Source: an uncultured Aquimarina sp. (GTDB lineage Bacteria; Bacteroidota; Bacteroidia; Flavobacteriales; Flavobacteriaceae). From it: a stretch of 64,000 bases of DNA. The first letter of the stretch is position 1, and each line of letters begins with the position of its first letter. Location: the NCBI GenBank assembly GCA_947503835.1, contig CANNFM010000024.1:2787-66786 (forward strand). Direction: 5' to 3'. The position numbers and the translations under genes were made by a program. Positions 16,467-25,809 of the stretch are shown here, one piece after another. A model generated the notes under the pieces. That model saw nothing but the letters and a program-made list of their open reading frames with translations, made no database searches and was not told the origin of the DNA.

Positions 16467-17981
16467 ATGATAAGTATTCCTTTTAAACCATTTAAAACAT
16501 TCAGAAAAGACATTTGTAGTTGTATACTTTTTTTGGGTATCGCCCAATTAGGATTTACACAACTAAATAATCAGTATGATATTGTTTTGCAAGGAGGAAG
16601 AGTAATAGACCCTGAAACAAAACTTGACGCTATTCGAAATATAGGTATCCGTGATGGGCAAATTATTGAAATTTCAACTAAACCATTATCTGGAGCCGAA
16701 AACATTAATGTTTCTGGTCTAATTGTATCACCGGGGTTTATTGATTTGCATGTACATGGGATTACTAATGTAGAGCAAGAATACCAAATTAAAGATGGAG
16801 TAACCACTGCACTAGAGTTAGAGTGGGGGCTACCATTTTTAAAAGAATGGTATGAGCTGCGAAAGTCAAAAGCTATAATAAATTTTGGAGCAAGTGTTAA
16901 TTGGCCCATAACCAGAGTGCAATCGTTGGCTTCTTACCAAGAACAGCTAAGTTCTTTAAAAGAAACAATGTCTACAAAAGGTTTACCCGTGACAATGACT
17001 ATGCCCGCTTTTGGAAGAAGCTTTTATCAAGAACTACCTGTAGAGAAAATACCAGCGATGCTAGAGCATGTTCGGGCATCGCTAAAGAGTGGAGGATTAG
17101 GTATTAGTATGCCTATTGGGTATTTACCTGGCGCCAGTACCGAAGAAGTTTTTAGAACATATCAATTAGCCGGAGAGTTAAAATCACCTGTTTATGCACA
17201 TGTTAGAGAGGGTGGGATTATTGCCATTCAGCAAGTTATTTCTGATGCAGTGCTTACTAATGCTCCATTGCATATTTCTCATATCAATAGTATGGCTTTA
17301 AGCAACATTAATTTAGCTATTGAGATGGTGGATATCGCTCAAAAATCTGGATTTGATATCACAACAGAACTATATCCATATACAGCGGGTTCAACAGATT
17401 TAAAGTCCGCGATTTTTGATACGGGTTGGCAAAAAAAGTTGGGTATAAGTTTTAAAGATTTGCAGTGGGTTGCTTCTGGAGAACGATTAACAGAAGAAAC
17501 CTTTGCCAAGTATAGAAAAGAAGGAGGGACAGTTGTAATACATAATATGAAACCGGAGTGGATAGCATCAGGAGTTGCTTCAAAGAGTACAATTATAGCA
17601 TCAGACGGAATGCCATATGCAAAGTTAGCTCACCCTAGATCTTCAGGTACTTTCTCTAGAGTTTTAGGAAAATATGTTAGAGAGGATAAAGTACTAGATC
17701 TTATTGAAGCGATAAAGAAAATTACATTTCTTCCAGCAAAGAGATTGGAGATAATTGCCCCTGTAATGCAACGTAAAGGTAGAATTCAAGAAGGCGCAGA
17801 TGCAGATATTACAATATTCAATTTTGATAAAATAATAGACAAATCTACGTTCGAAAAAGGAATACAACCTTCAGAAGGAGTAGAATATGTTTTGGTTAAT
17901 GGTATTCCAGTTCTAAGAAAAGGAAAAATTGTAGAAAATGTTTTTCCTGGTCAACCTATTTACGGGAAATACAAAGATTGA
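16467..17981 (+). CDS. Secreted amidohydrolase-superfamily enzyme, N-acyl-D-amino-acid deacylase (D-aminoacylase, COG3653)-like
   Basis: 504-aa ORF with an N-terminal signal-like segment (basic n-region FKPFKTFRKD, hydrophobic ICSCILFLGIAQLGF). The core matches D-aminoacylases: DIVLQGGRVIDP, VSPGFIDLHVHG (HxH metal motif), DGVTT, and C-terminal GRIQEGADADITIFN...VEYVLVNGIPVLRKGK. Confidence 0.75.
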   Translation: MISIPFKPFKTFRKDICSCILFLGIAQLGFTQLNNQYDIVLQGGRVIDPETKLDAIRNIGIRDGQIIEISTKPLSGAENINVSGLIVSPGFIDLHVHGITNVEQEYQIKDGVTTALELEWGLPFLKEWYELRKSKAIINFGASVNWPITRVQSLASYQEQLSSLKETMSTKGLPVTMTMPAFGRSFYQELPVEKIPAMLEHVRASLKSGGLGISMPIGYLPGASTEEVFRTYQLAGELKSPVYAHVREGGIIAIQQVISDAVLTNAPLHISHINSMALSNINLAIEMVDIAQKSGFDITTELYPYTAGSTDLKSAIFDTGWQKKLGISFKDLQWVASGERLTEETFAKYRKEGGTVVIHNMKPEWIASGVASKSTIIASDGMPYAKLAHPRSSGTFSRVLGKYVREDKVLDLIEAIKKITFLPAKRLEIIAPVMQRKGRIQEGADADITIFNFDKIIDKSTFEKGIQPSEGVEYVLVNGIPVLRKGKIVENVFPGQPIYGKYKD

Positions 17982-18046
17982 TTTCAATGTACATCACTCA
18001 ATAAACTTCAATTCAAATTGATATACAAAACTATTAAAAGGAACTA

Positions 18047-21000
18047 ATGGCTAACAAGATCGACAAACAAAACGTTCAAGATATTTTTGAACTGAGTATG
18101 GTTCAAAAAGGAATGCTATTTCATCATTTAAAGGACGAAAGCGAAAACACATACAATGCCCAATTGGTATTTACTATTAATGGCAATTTAGATGTGAATA
18201 TATTACAATCTGCATTAAATGGTGTGCAAATTAATCATGAAGCTTTGCGTTCTGTTTTTAGATGGGAAGAAGTAAGCAAGCCTTTACAAATTATTTTAAA
18301 AACCGCTCCCATTAAGATCCAATATTATGATGTTTCTGATAAAAATGAAAGGGAACGTCAAATGTATATTGAAGAGTATGCTTTGAAAGATCAAAAAAAA
18401 CGTTTTGATCTTTCACAAGTTCCGATGCGAGTATCCGTAATAAAAGAGACAGAAACATCCTTTGTATTATGTATTACAAATCATCATATACTATATGATG
18501 GATGGAGCACGGGCATTTTATTAAAAGAACTTTTTGTCAATTATAATGAAATCGTTACTGGAAATGAGGTAAAAGCAAAACAAAAAATATCATATAAGAG
18601 ATATATCCTGTCTAAGCAAAAAGAAAATGATTTAGAAAAAGAACATGACTATTGGAAGAAATATTTGAAAGAATATCAAATTACTTCATGTTTTTCTAAA
18701 AAAGATAACGAAAATCAAACAGGGGAATCGGTAGAAAAAAAGCATTTAAAAGTTGGAATAGAATCAATTAAAAAACTATCCAAAGAACAAAAAATAACGC
18801 CAGCAGCCATAATTTATGCCGCCATTGGTGTTTTACTTCAAAAACTTACTGCAACTTCTGATATTGTTCTTGGGACTACAGTATCCGGAAGAGATGCGAC
18901 TATTGAAGGTGTAGAAGATCTTGTGGGTAACTTTATCAATACAATCCCATTAAGGATAACCAATGAAGGCAATGATGCTGATACATCATTTATTGAGGTC
19001 GCAAAAGGAGTCTATGAAGAAGGGTTAGTAAGAAACCAAAATACAAACACTTCTTACTATGAAATAAAAAAATTGCTGGAACTCAAAGCGTCTGAAGAAC
19101 TATTTGATGTTGTCGTTGTTGTCGAGAACTATCCCTTAGATGAAAAAGCTATCAATGGAAATCCAGATTTTGAAGTTAAGTTAAAATCGGTATACGAAAA
19201 TACCGGGATTCCTTTGGTAATTACTGTGTTTTTAAAGGAAGAGTTAGAGTTAGAATTGATCTATCAACCTTCAATAATCAGCGAAGATAATATAGATTTA
19301 TTTTCAGTTTCTTTAGAAAGAATATTGAATCAAATTCAAGAAAACCCTACAGTACCCGCACATTCTTTTGGGCTTTTAAGCGAAAAAGAAATGGCTTGGC
19401 AAATAGAGACCTTCAATGAAACTGCAAAAGAACTGCCAAAATCAGAGACCGTACTTTCTCTTTTTGCCAAGCAGCAAATATCTACTCCTAATAAAGTGGC
19501 CGTTATATGTGGATCAGAGCAATTGACATATCAAGAATTGGGAGATTTATCTGATAAAATTGCGGCCTATCTAAAACAAGAAAAAGGAATTCAAAAGGGA
19601 GAATTGGTAGGTTTAATGCTAGGAAGAGATTTTAATTTAGTTCCGATAATTTTAGGTGTTTTAAAGGCTGGAGCTGCCTATGTGCCTATTGACCCAACGT
19701 ATCCGGTTGTAAGAATTAATAATATTCTAGAACAGTCGAAATTAGGACTTTTAGTAACAGAGAATAAGGATATAGCTTCATCATTAAGCACAACTTCTCA
19801 GATTATTGATGTGCAAGACCTAATGATAAGTCTTCCAGAAATAAATGTTTTATCGCAAGAAAATACTCTAAAAGATGACCTGGCTTACGTAATTTTTACA
19901 TCTGGATCTACTGGAACTCCAAAAGGAGTTATGATAGAGCATGCTACTTTGCTAAATTATATTTACTGGGCTGCAACTTATTATGTGAAGGAAGAAGAGC
20001 TCACTTTTCCATTATATTCTTCTATTTCCTTTGACTTAACAGTTACATCGATTTTTACACCATTAATAACAGGAAATACTATTATCGTTTATAAAGATGA
20101 AACTAATCGACTTCCAATTGATGCAGTACTTAAGGATAATAGAATTAACATCGTTAAGTTAACTCCTTCACACTTAAAAATAATCAGAGATAATGATCTG
20201 TTTGATGCAGCTACAAGTACTATTCGAAAGCTAATTGTAGGAGGAGAAGAATTAGAATATCATCTGGCTAAAGATATTATAGAAAAATTCAACGGTGATG
20301 TAACGATTTATAACGAATATGGGCCTACAGAAGCAACCGTTGGTTGTATGATTTATGATTTTGATACTTCTCTAAACACAGGGTCGGTATCACTAGGAAA
20401 CCCTATTAATAATACTCAGGTTTATATTCTGGATCCTAATATGAACCCTGTTCCGGTTGGGGTAAAAGGAGAATTATATATAGCAGGAGAAGGATTAGCA
20501 AGAGGATACTTGGGTAGAAAGGATTTAACCCAGGAACGATTTATCGAAAATCCCTTTAACCCTGGTAAAAAGATGTATAAAACAGGAGATTATGCCATTA
20601 GGGAGAAAGGCAATCATATCCTTTTTAATGGCAGAATAGATGAGCAGATAAAAATATCGGGTTATAGAATCGAACTAAAAGAAATTGAGAATACTCTTTC
20701 TACATATCCCAAAATTAAAGAATCGGTAGTAGCAGTTAAGGAAAAAGATAATAACAAGATACTGGTAGCATATTATTTGTCAGATAGCGAAATTGCTATC
20801 GATAGTTTAAAAAAATATGTAGAAGATAAACTCCCTACATATATGCTTCCTATGTATTACATAAAACTAGAAGCATTACCCCTAACCTCAAATGGAAAAC
20901 TAGACTATAAGAAATTACCTGAGGCAGATTCCTTAGTAGTTGATGATTATCACGCACCTTCGACTACCATAGAAAAATTATTGGTTAAGCATTGGTCCGA

Positions 21001-24000
21001 TGTGTTGAAAGTTCCTGTAATCAGTACTACAGATAATTATTTTTTGATTGGGGGGGATTCAATAAAATCAATTCAAATAAGTTCAAAAATGAGAGCTGAT
21101 GGTTTTGAGGTATCAGTTCAGGATATTTTTAGAAATCCAACAATTAAAGCGTTAGCTTCTGTAACTAAACCTTTAACAACTCCGATAGATCAATCGACAG
21201 TTACTGGTGAAGTTGTATTAAGCCCAATTCAGCAATGGTTTTTCGATAAATCTGAAACAGATCAACATCATTTTAATCAATCGTCTGTACTGAGTTTTGA
21301 TTCAAAAGTAACAGTACAAACGGTTCAAAAAATATTTTCTGAAATTCTTACTCATCACGATGCCCTTCGTATGGTTTTTAAGAAAGAGGGAGAAAATATC
21401 CATCAACAAAATCAAGAGGATACAATAAAGGTTGATATAAAGGAATATGATTTAACGCCAATAGAAAACCCAGAGGAGACGATCCTTTATCATGCTAATG
21501 ATTTACAATCTCAGATAGATTTAGCTAATGGCCCTTTACTAAAATTAGGGTTATTTCAGACTAAAACTGGAAGTCGCTTGCTCATCGTGATACATCATTT
21601 AGTTATAGATGGAATTTCATGGCGAATTTTATTGGAAGATATAGATACCTTATATGGCCAAATCATAGATAATAGTCCTGTTAAACTTCCTTTAAAGACA
21701 GATTCTTTTAAAAATTGGTCACAAGCACTCAAAAAATATACGAATAGTGAAAGCTATCAAAAAGGCAAATCATATTGGGAAACTCATTTAGAAAAAGAAA
21801 ACTCAATAATTAAAAGAGATTTTCCTGATGGCCTTAATATCTATAAGAACCATGGTAGCGAGATATTAGAATTAAATGAACTTGAGACAAAGCAATTACT
21901 AACGCAAGCACATGCTGCATATGGAACACAAATAAATGAACTCTTAATGTCGGCATTTTTATTAGCCGTAAGCAAGAAATTTGACGTCAATGATATATGG
22001 GTTGATTTAGAAGGACATGGAAGAGAAGAAATTGTTCCAGGAATTAATGTAGGTCGTACGTTAGGTTGGTTTACAAGTATCTATCCGGTTTTGTTAGAGA
22101 AAAGAGGTGAAGATATTTCGGATGTGATAAGAAATGTAAAAGAAAGGTTAAGAACCGTCCCAAATAAAGGGGTAGATTATTTGATGACTCAGTACACCGA
22201 TGTACTTCCTTTAGAGGAAAAAAGTAACGCAGGTATTAGTTTCAACTATTTAGGACAATTTGAGTCGGCATATGAAAATTTTCACATGCTGAAAGAGAGT
22301 AAAGGAGATGAGATTTCTCTAAATATGGAACAACCCTATGATTGGAATGTTATAGGATGGGTTTCTGATGAAAAACTAAAATTAGAACTGGTTTATAGTA
22401 CACAACAGTATCAAAAAGAAACCATAGTTTCTTTTATAGAATTATTCAAAGAAAGCCTACACGATGTTATCACTCACTGTTGTCAGCATAATGAGGTAAC
22501 GTTAACTCCTTCAGATTTAACGTACAATGAATTGTCTATTGATGATTTAGATCAAATTCAATCTAATTTAGAGATAGAAGATATTTATAAATTGGCACCA
22601 ACCCAAGAAGGAATGCTATTTCATTCCATTTTGGAGCCTACTTCTAAAGTTTATTTTGATCAAAAGGTATTGACACTTCAGGGAGCTGTAAATGTTGATG
22701 CAATCAAAAAAAGTATGCAAGCTTTAGTCGATCGTTATGAGGTTTTTAGAACAGTATATAAGCATGAGAACCTAGAATATCCTTTGCAAATTGTACTAAA
22801 AGAAAGAGATATAGATGTCGATTATATTGATGTTCAAGAAGCGTGCAACACTCAATCTATACAAGAAGTTGTCGATACCTACATCCAAAAGGATAGAGTC
22901 AAACGCTTCAATTTGTTAAAGGATGTGCTAATGCGCGTTACCCTTCTAAAAGTAAAAGAAGAAGAATACCGAATGATTTGGTCAAACCATCATATTGCTA
23001 TGGATGGTTGGTGTACTACTCTATTATGGAATGATTTTCAGAAACTATATGTTGGATTTAGCAAGAATATACCATTAAAGTTAGAAGGAGTACCTAAATA
23101 TTCTGAGTATATAAAGTGGCTTCAACAAAGAGATCAACAAGAATCAAAAAGCTATTGGTTTAAGTATTTGGAGAATTACGAGAAAACAATTTCCATTCCA
23201 AAAAACAATAACACAAAAGAGGAAACTTATGATTTGCAAAGTCACTCATTTTCGTTGAATAAAGAAAATACTCAAGCAATACAGCAGTTATCAAAGAAAT
23301 GTGCAGTAACCTTGAGTACTATCTTTCAGGCAGCTTGGGGAATTTTGCTATCCAAGTATAACCATACAAGTGATATCATATTTGGTAATGTCGTTTCGGG
23401 AAGAAATTCTGAAATAGAAGGAGTAGATAGTATTGTGGGACTCTTTATCAAAATCCTTCCCGTAAGGATTGCGTATACGGAGCAAGATACTATAGCCTCA
23501 ATATTGAGAAAAAGCCAAGAAAAAGCTTTCGAAGTACAAGCTCATCATGAGTCATCTCTATTAGAAATCCAAGAACAGACACCTTTAGGGAATAGATTGT
23601 TTGATCATATCATGGTTTTTGAAAACTATCCTATTTCTAATGGAATTCAAGGAGTGGACGATCCCAATTATGGATTTTCGGTAGAGGAAATTGAGGTTCA
23701 TGAGCAAACGAATTATGATCTGAATGTAATTATCATTCCTGGAGAAGTTATCAAAGTACAGGTTGATTACAATCAAAATATTTATAGTAATGTAATAATT
23801 AAGGAAGTTCTTTCTCATTTCGAAAACATCATAGAGCAATTAATTAATGATGTAAACATGCCGATCACTAAATTAAAATTGGTGAGCGATCAGGAAAGAA
23901 CCAATTTACTTAATGAATCAAACAAAACTCAAATAAAGTATCCTAAAAATGAAACGCTCGTTGATCTATTTTTAAAACAGGTACAAGAGCATCCGGATAA

Positions 24001-25801
24001 CATAGCGATTAAGTATGGAGATGAATCAATTAGCTACAAAAAGCTTCATGAAAAAAGTAGTCAAGTAGCATGTTTATTGAGCGATTTAGGCGTTAAAAGT
24101 GATTGTGTTGTAGGTCTATACATGGATAAGTCTATTGATTTAATTGTCGGCATTTTAGGAGTGTTAAAGGCAGGAGGAGCTTATTTGCCTATTGATATCA
24201 ATTACCCAAAAGACAGGAAAGAATATATTATTCGAGATAGTGGATCGTCTATAATATTAACCACTACAGCCTCTGGTGAAGTAACCGAAACAGTAGAAGG
24301 AGTAAGGGTAATCAATATTGAAGAAGCATTTGAGAGAACATTAACCCTTCAAGAACTTGAAATTAATAATGTAAGAAGTTCTTCGGATCTATGTTACATC
24401 ATTTATACTTCAGGGACAACGGGAAATCCAAAAGGGGTAATGATAGAGCATCGAAATGTAGTTCGATTACTTTTTAATGAAAATCCATTATATGATTTTA
24501 CTTCCAATGATATCTGGACTTTGTTTCATAGTCACTGTTTTGATGTCAGTGTTTGGGAAATATTTGGATCACTATTATTTGGAGGAAAATTAATCGTAAT
24601 ACCTCAATCTATTGCCAGGGATTCAAAAGCTTATCTAGATATATTGAAGAAAGAAAAAGTTACGATGTTAAATCAAACACCAAGTTCTTTTTATAATTTG
24701 ATTCAAGCAGAATTAGTTAGTGAAGAATTGTTGACGGAATTAAGTCATGTAATACTTGCAGGAGAGGAGTTAAACCCTCGAAAGTTAAAAAAATGGAAAG
24801 CAAAATATCCCGGTATTAAATTGATAAATATGTACGGGCCGACAGAGACAACGGTGTATGCTACCTATAAGGAAATTACAGATTACGAAATTGAAAACAA
24901 CATAAGTAATATAGGGGTTCCTATCCCTACGTTATCTACAATCTTATTAGATGAGTATAAAAATGTAGTGCCAAGAGGAGTAGCGGGAGAACTTTATATA
25001 GGAGGAAGCGGATTAGCTAGGGGGTATTTGAATAAAGAAGAATTAACGAATCAAAAATTCATTCAGAACCCATACAATCCTAGTGAAAAGTTATATAAGT
25101 CTGGAGATTTGGCAGTCTTATTGAATTCGGGAGAATTGGAGTATAAAGGGAGAATTGATAAGCAGGTTCAATTACGCGGGTACAGAATAGAATTAGGAGA
25201 AATAGAAAGTAAATTATTAACGCATTCGAAAGTAGATGAAGTAGTAGTAGCATTGAAAGAATGGTCTGATGATAAATATATCATTGCCTACTATAAATCA
25301 AATGAAACTATAGATGTTGAAGAACTTAGAGGGTTTGTTTTTGGAAAACTTCCAGAATATATGGTGCCTTCGTTTTTCATAAAACTTGATGAGATACCAT
25401 TAACTTCTAATGGGAAATTAGATACTAAAGCGTTACCAAAACCTCAATTGGATAACGTAGAATCTATATCAAAACCTAAAAATGAAATTCAGAAAGAATT
25501 AGTGAATATTTGGTCTGAGATATTAGGGCTTTCTAAAGAAAAAATTGGAATACACAGCAATTTCTTTGATATAGGAGGGAATTCATTGAAATTGATGATA
25601 ATGGCAGATAAGATTAGTTCTGTTTTTAATATAGAAGTTACCGTTTCTCAGGTTTTTGATTCACCAAAAATAATAATGTTAGCGCATTTTGTGGACCGTT
25701 TGGTAAATGATAAACAAGTCCTCAATACAAAAGAAAAAGAGGGCGCAGAAGAACATTTACACATTATGAATGATACCCTAAACTTATTAAATCAAAATTA
25801 A
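18047..25801 (+). CDS. NRPS: C(DCL-type) - A(Asn-type) - T - E - C(DCL-type) - A(Thr-like) - T
   Basis: C1: NHHILYDGWS (about 18479). A1: FTSGSTGTPKGV, NEYGPTEATVGC, code D-L-T-K-I-G-E-V-G-K. T1: FLIGGDSIKSIQ. E: IHHLVIDGISWRIL (about 21592). C2: PTQEGMLFH, NHHIAMDGWC (about 22985). A2: YTSGTTGNPKGV, FDVSVWE, NMYGPTETTVYA, code D-V-W-N-I-A-M-V-Y-K (7/10 matches to the Thr code DFWNIGMVHK). T2: FFDIGGNSLKL. There is a short C-terminal tail. Confidence 0.95.
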   Translation: MANKIDKQNVQDIFELSMVQKGMLFHHLKDESENTYNAQLVFTINGNLDVNILQSALNGVQINHEALRSVFRWEEVSKPLQIILKTAPIKIQYYDVSDKNERERQMYIEEYALKDQKKRFDLSQVPMRVSVIKETETSFVLCITNHHILYDGWSTGILLKELFVNYNEIVTGNEVKAKQKISYKRYILSKQKENDLEKEHDYWKKYLKEYQITSCFSKKDNENQTGESVEKKHLKVGIESIKKLSKEQKITPAAIIYAAIGVLLQKLTATSDIVLGTTVSGRDATIEGVEDLVGNFINTIPLRITNEGNDADTSFIEVAKGVYEEGLVRNQNTNTSYYEIKKLLELKASEELFDVVVVVENYPLDEKAINGNPDFEVKLKSVYENTGIPLVITVFLKEELELELIYQPSIISEDNIDLFSVSLERILNQIQENPTVPAHSFGLLSEKEMAWQIETFNETAKELPKSETVLSLFAKQQISTPNKVAVICGSEQLTYQELGDLSDKIAAYLKQEKGIQKGELVGLMLGRDFNLVPIILGVLKAGAAYVPIDPTYPVVRINNILEQSKLGLLVTENKDIASSLSTTSQIIDVQDLMISLPEINVLSQENTLKDDLAYVIFTSGSTGTPKGVMIEHATLLNYIYWAATYYVKEEELTFPLYSSISFDLTVTSIFTPLITGNTIIVYKDETNRLPIDAVLKDNRINIVKLTPSHLKIIRDNDLFDAATSTIRKLIVGGEELEYHLAKDIIEKFNGDVTIYNEYGPTEATVGCMIYDFDTSLNTGSVSLGNPINNTQVYILDPNMNPVPVGVKGELYIAGEGLARGYLGRKDLTQERFIENPFNPGKKMYKTGDYAIREKGNHILFNGRIDEQIKISGYRIELKEIENTLSTYPKIKESVVAVKEKDNNKILVAYYLSDSEIAIDSLKKYVEDKLPTYMLPMYYIKLEALPLTSNGKLDYKKLPEADSLVVDDYHAPSTTIEKLLVKHWSDVLKVPVISTTDNYFLIGGDSIKSIQISSKMRADGFEVSVQDIFRNPTIKALASVTKPLTTPIDQSTVTGEVVLSPIQQWFFDKSETDQHHFNQSSVLSFDSKVTVQTVQKIFSEILTHHDALRMVFKKEGENIHQQNQEDTIKVDIKEYDLTPIENPEETILYHANDLQSQIDLANGPLLKLGLFQTKTGSRLLIVIHHLVIDGISWRILLEDIDTLYGQIIDNSPVKLPLKTDSFKNWSQALKKYTNSESYQKGKSYWETHLEKENSIIKRDFPDGLNIYKNHGSEILELNELETKQLLTQAHAAYGTQINELLMSAFLLAVSKKFDVNDIWVDLEGHGREEIVPGINVGRTLGWFTSIYPVLLEKRGEDISDVIRNVKERLRTVPNKGVDYLMTQYTDVLPLEEKSNAGISFNYLGQFESAYENFHMLKESKGDEISLNMEQPYDWNVIGWVSDEKLKLELVYSTQQYQKETIVSFIELFKESLHDVITHCCQHNEVTLTPSDLTYNELSIDDLDQIQSNLEIEDIYKLAPTQEGMLFHSILEPTSKVYFDQKVLTLQGAVNVDAIKKSMQALVDRYEVFRTVYKHENLEYPLQIVLKERDIDVDYIDVQEACNTQSIQEVVDTYIQKDRVKRFNLLKDVLMRVTLLKVKEEEYRMIWSNHHIAMDGWCTTLLWNDFQKLYVGFSKNIPLKLEGVPKYSEYIKWLQQRDQQESKSYWFKYLENYEKTISIPKNNNTKEETYDLQSHSFSLNKENTQAIQQLSKKCAVTLSTIFQAAWGILLSKYNHTSDIIFGNVVSGRNSEIEGVDSIVGLFIKILPVRIAYTEQDTIASILRKSQEKAFEVQAHHESSLLEIQEQTPLGNRLFDHIMVFENYPISNGIQGVDDPNYGFSVEEIEVHEQTNYDLNVIIIPGEVIKVQVDYNQNIYSNVIIKEVLSHFENIIEQLINDVNMPITKLKLVSDQERTNLLNESNKTQIKYPKNETLVDLFLKQVQEHPDNIAIKYGDESISYKKLHEKSSQVACLLSDLGVKSDCVVGLYMDKSIDLIVGILGVLKAGGAYLPIDINYPKDRKEYIIRDSGSSIILTTTASGEVTETVEGVRVINIEEAFERTLTLQELEINNVRSSSDLCYIIYTSGTTGNPKGVMIEHRNVVRLLFNENPLYDFTSNDIWTLFHSHCFDVSVWEIFGSLLFGGKLIVIPQSIARDSKAYLDILKKEKVTMLNQTPSSFYNLIQAELVSEELLTELSHVILAGEELNPRKLKKWKAKYPGIKLINMYGPTETTVYATYKEITDYEIENNISNIGVPIPTLSTILLDEYKNVVPRGVAGELYIGGSGLARGYLNKEELTNQKFIQNPYNPSEKLYKSGDLAVLLNSGELEYKGRIDKQVQLRGYRIELGEIESKLLTHSKVDEVVVALKEWSDDKYIIAYYKSNETIDVEELRGFVFGKLPEYMVPSFFIKLDEIPLTSNGKLDTKALPKPQLDNVESISKPKNEIQKELVNIWSEILGLSKEKIGIHSNFFDIGGNSLKLMIMADKISSVFNIEVTVSQVFDSPKIIMLAHFVDRLVNDKQVLNTKEKEGAEEHLHIMNDTLNLLNQN

Positions 25802-25809
25802 AAGAAGCC

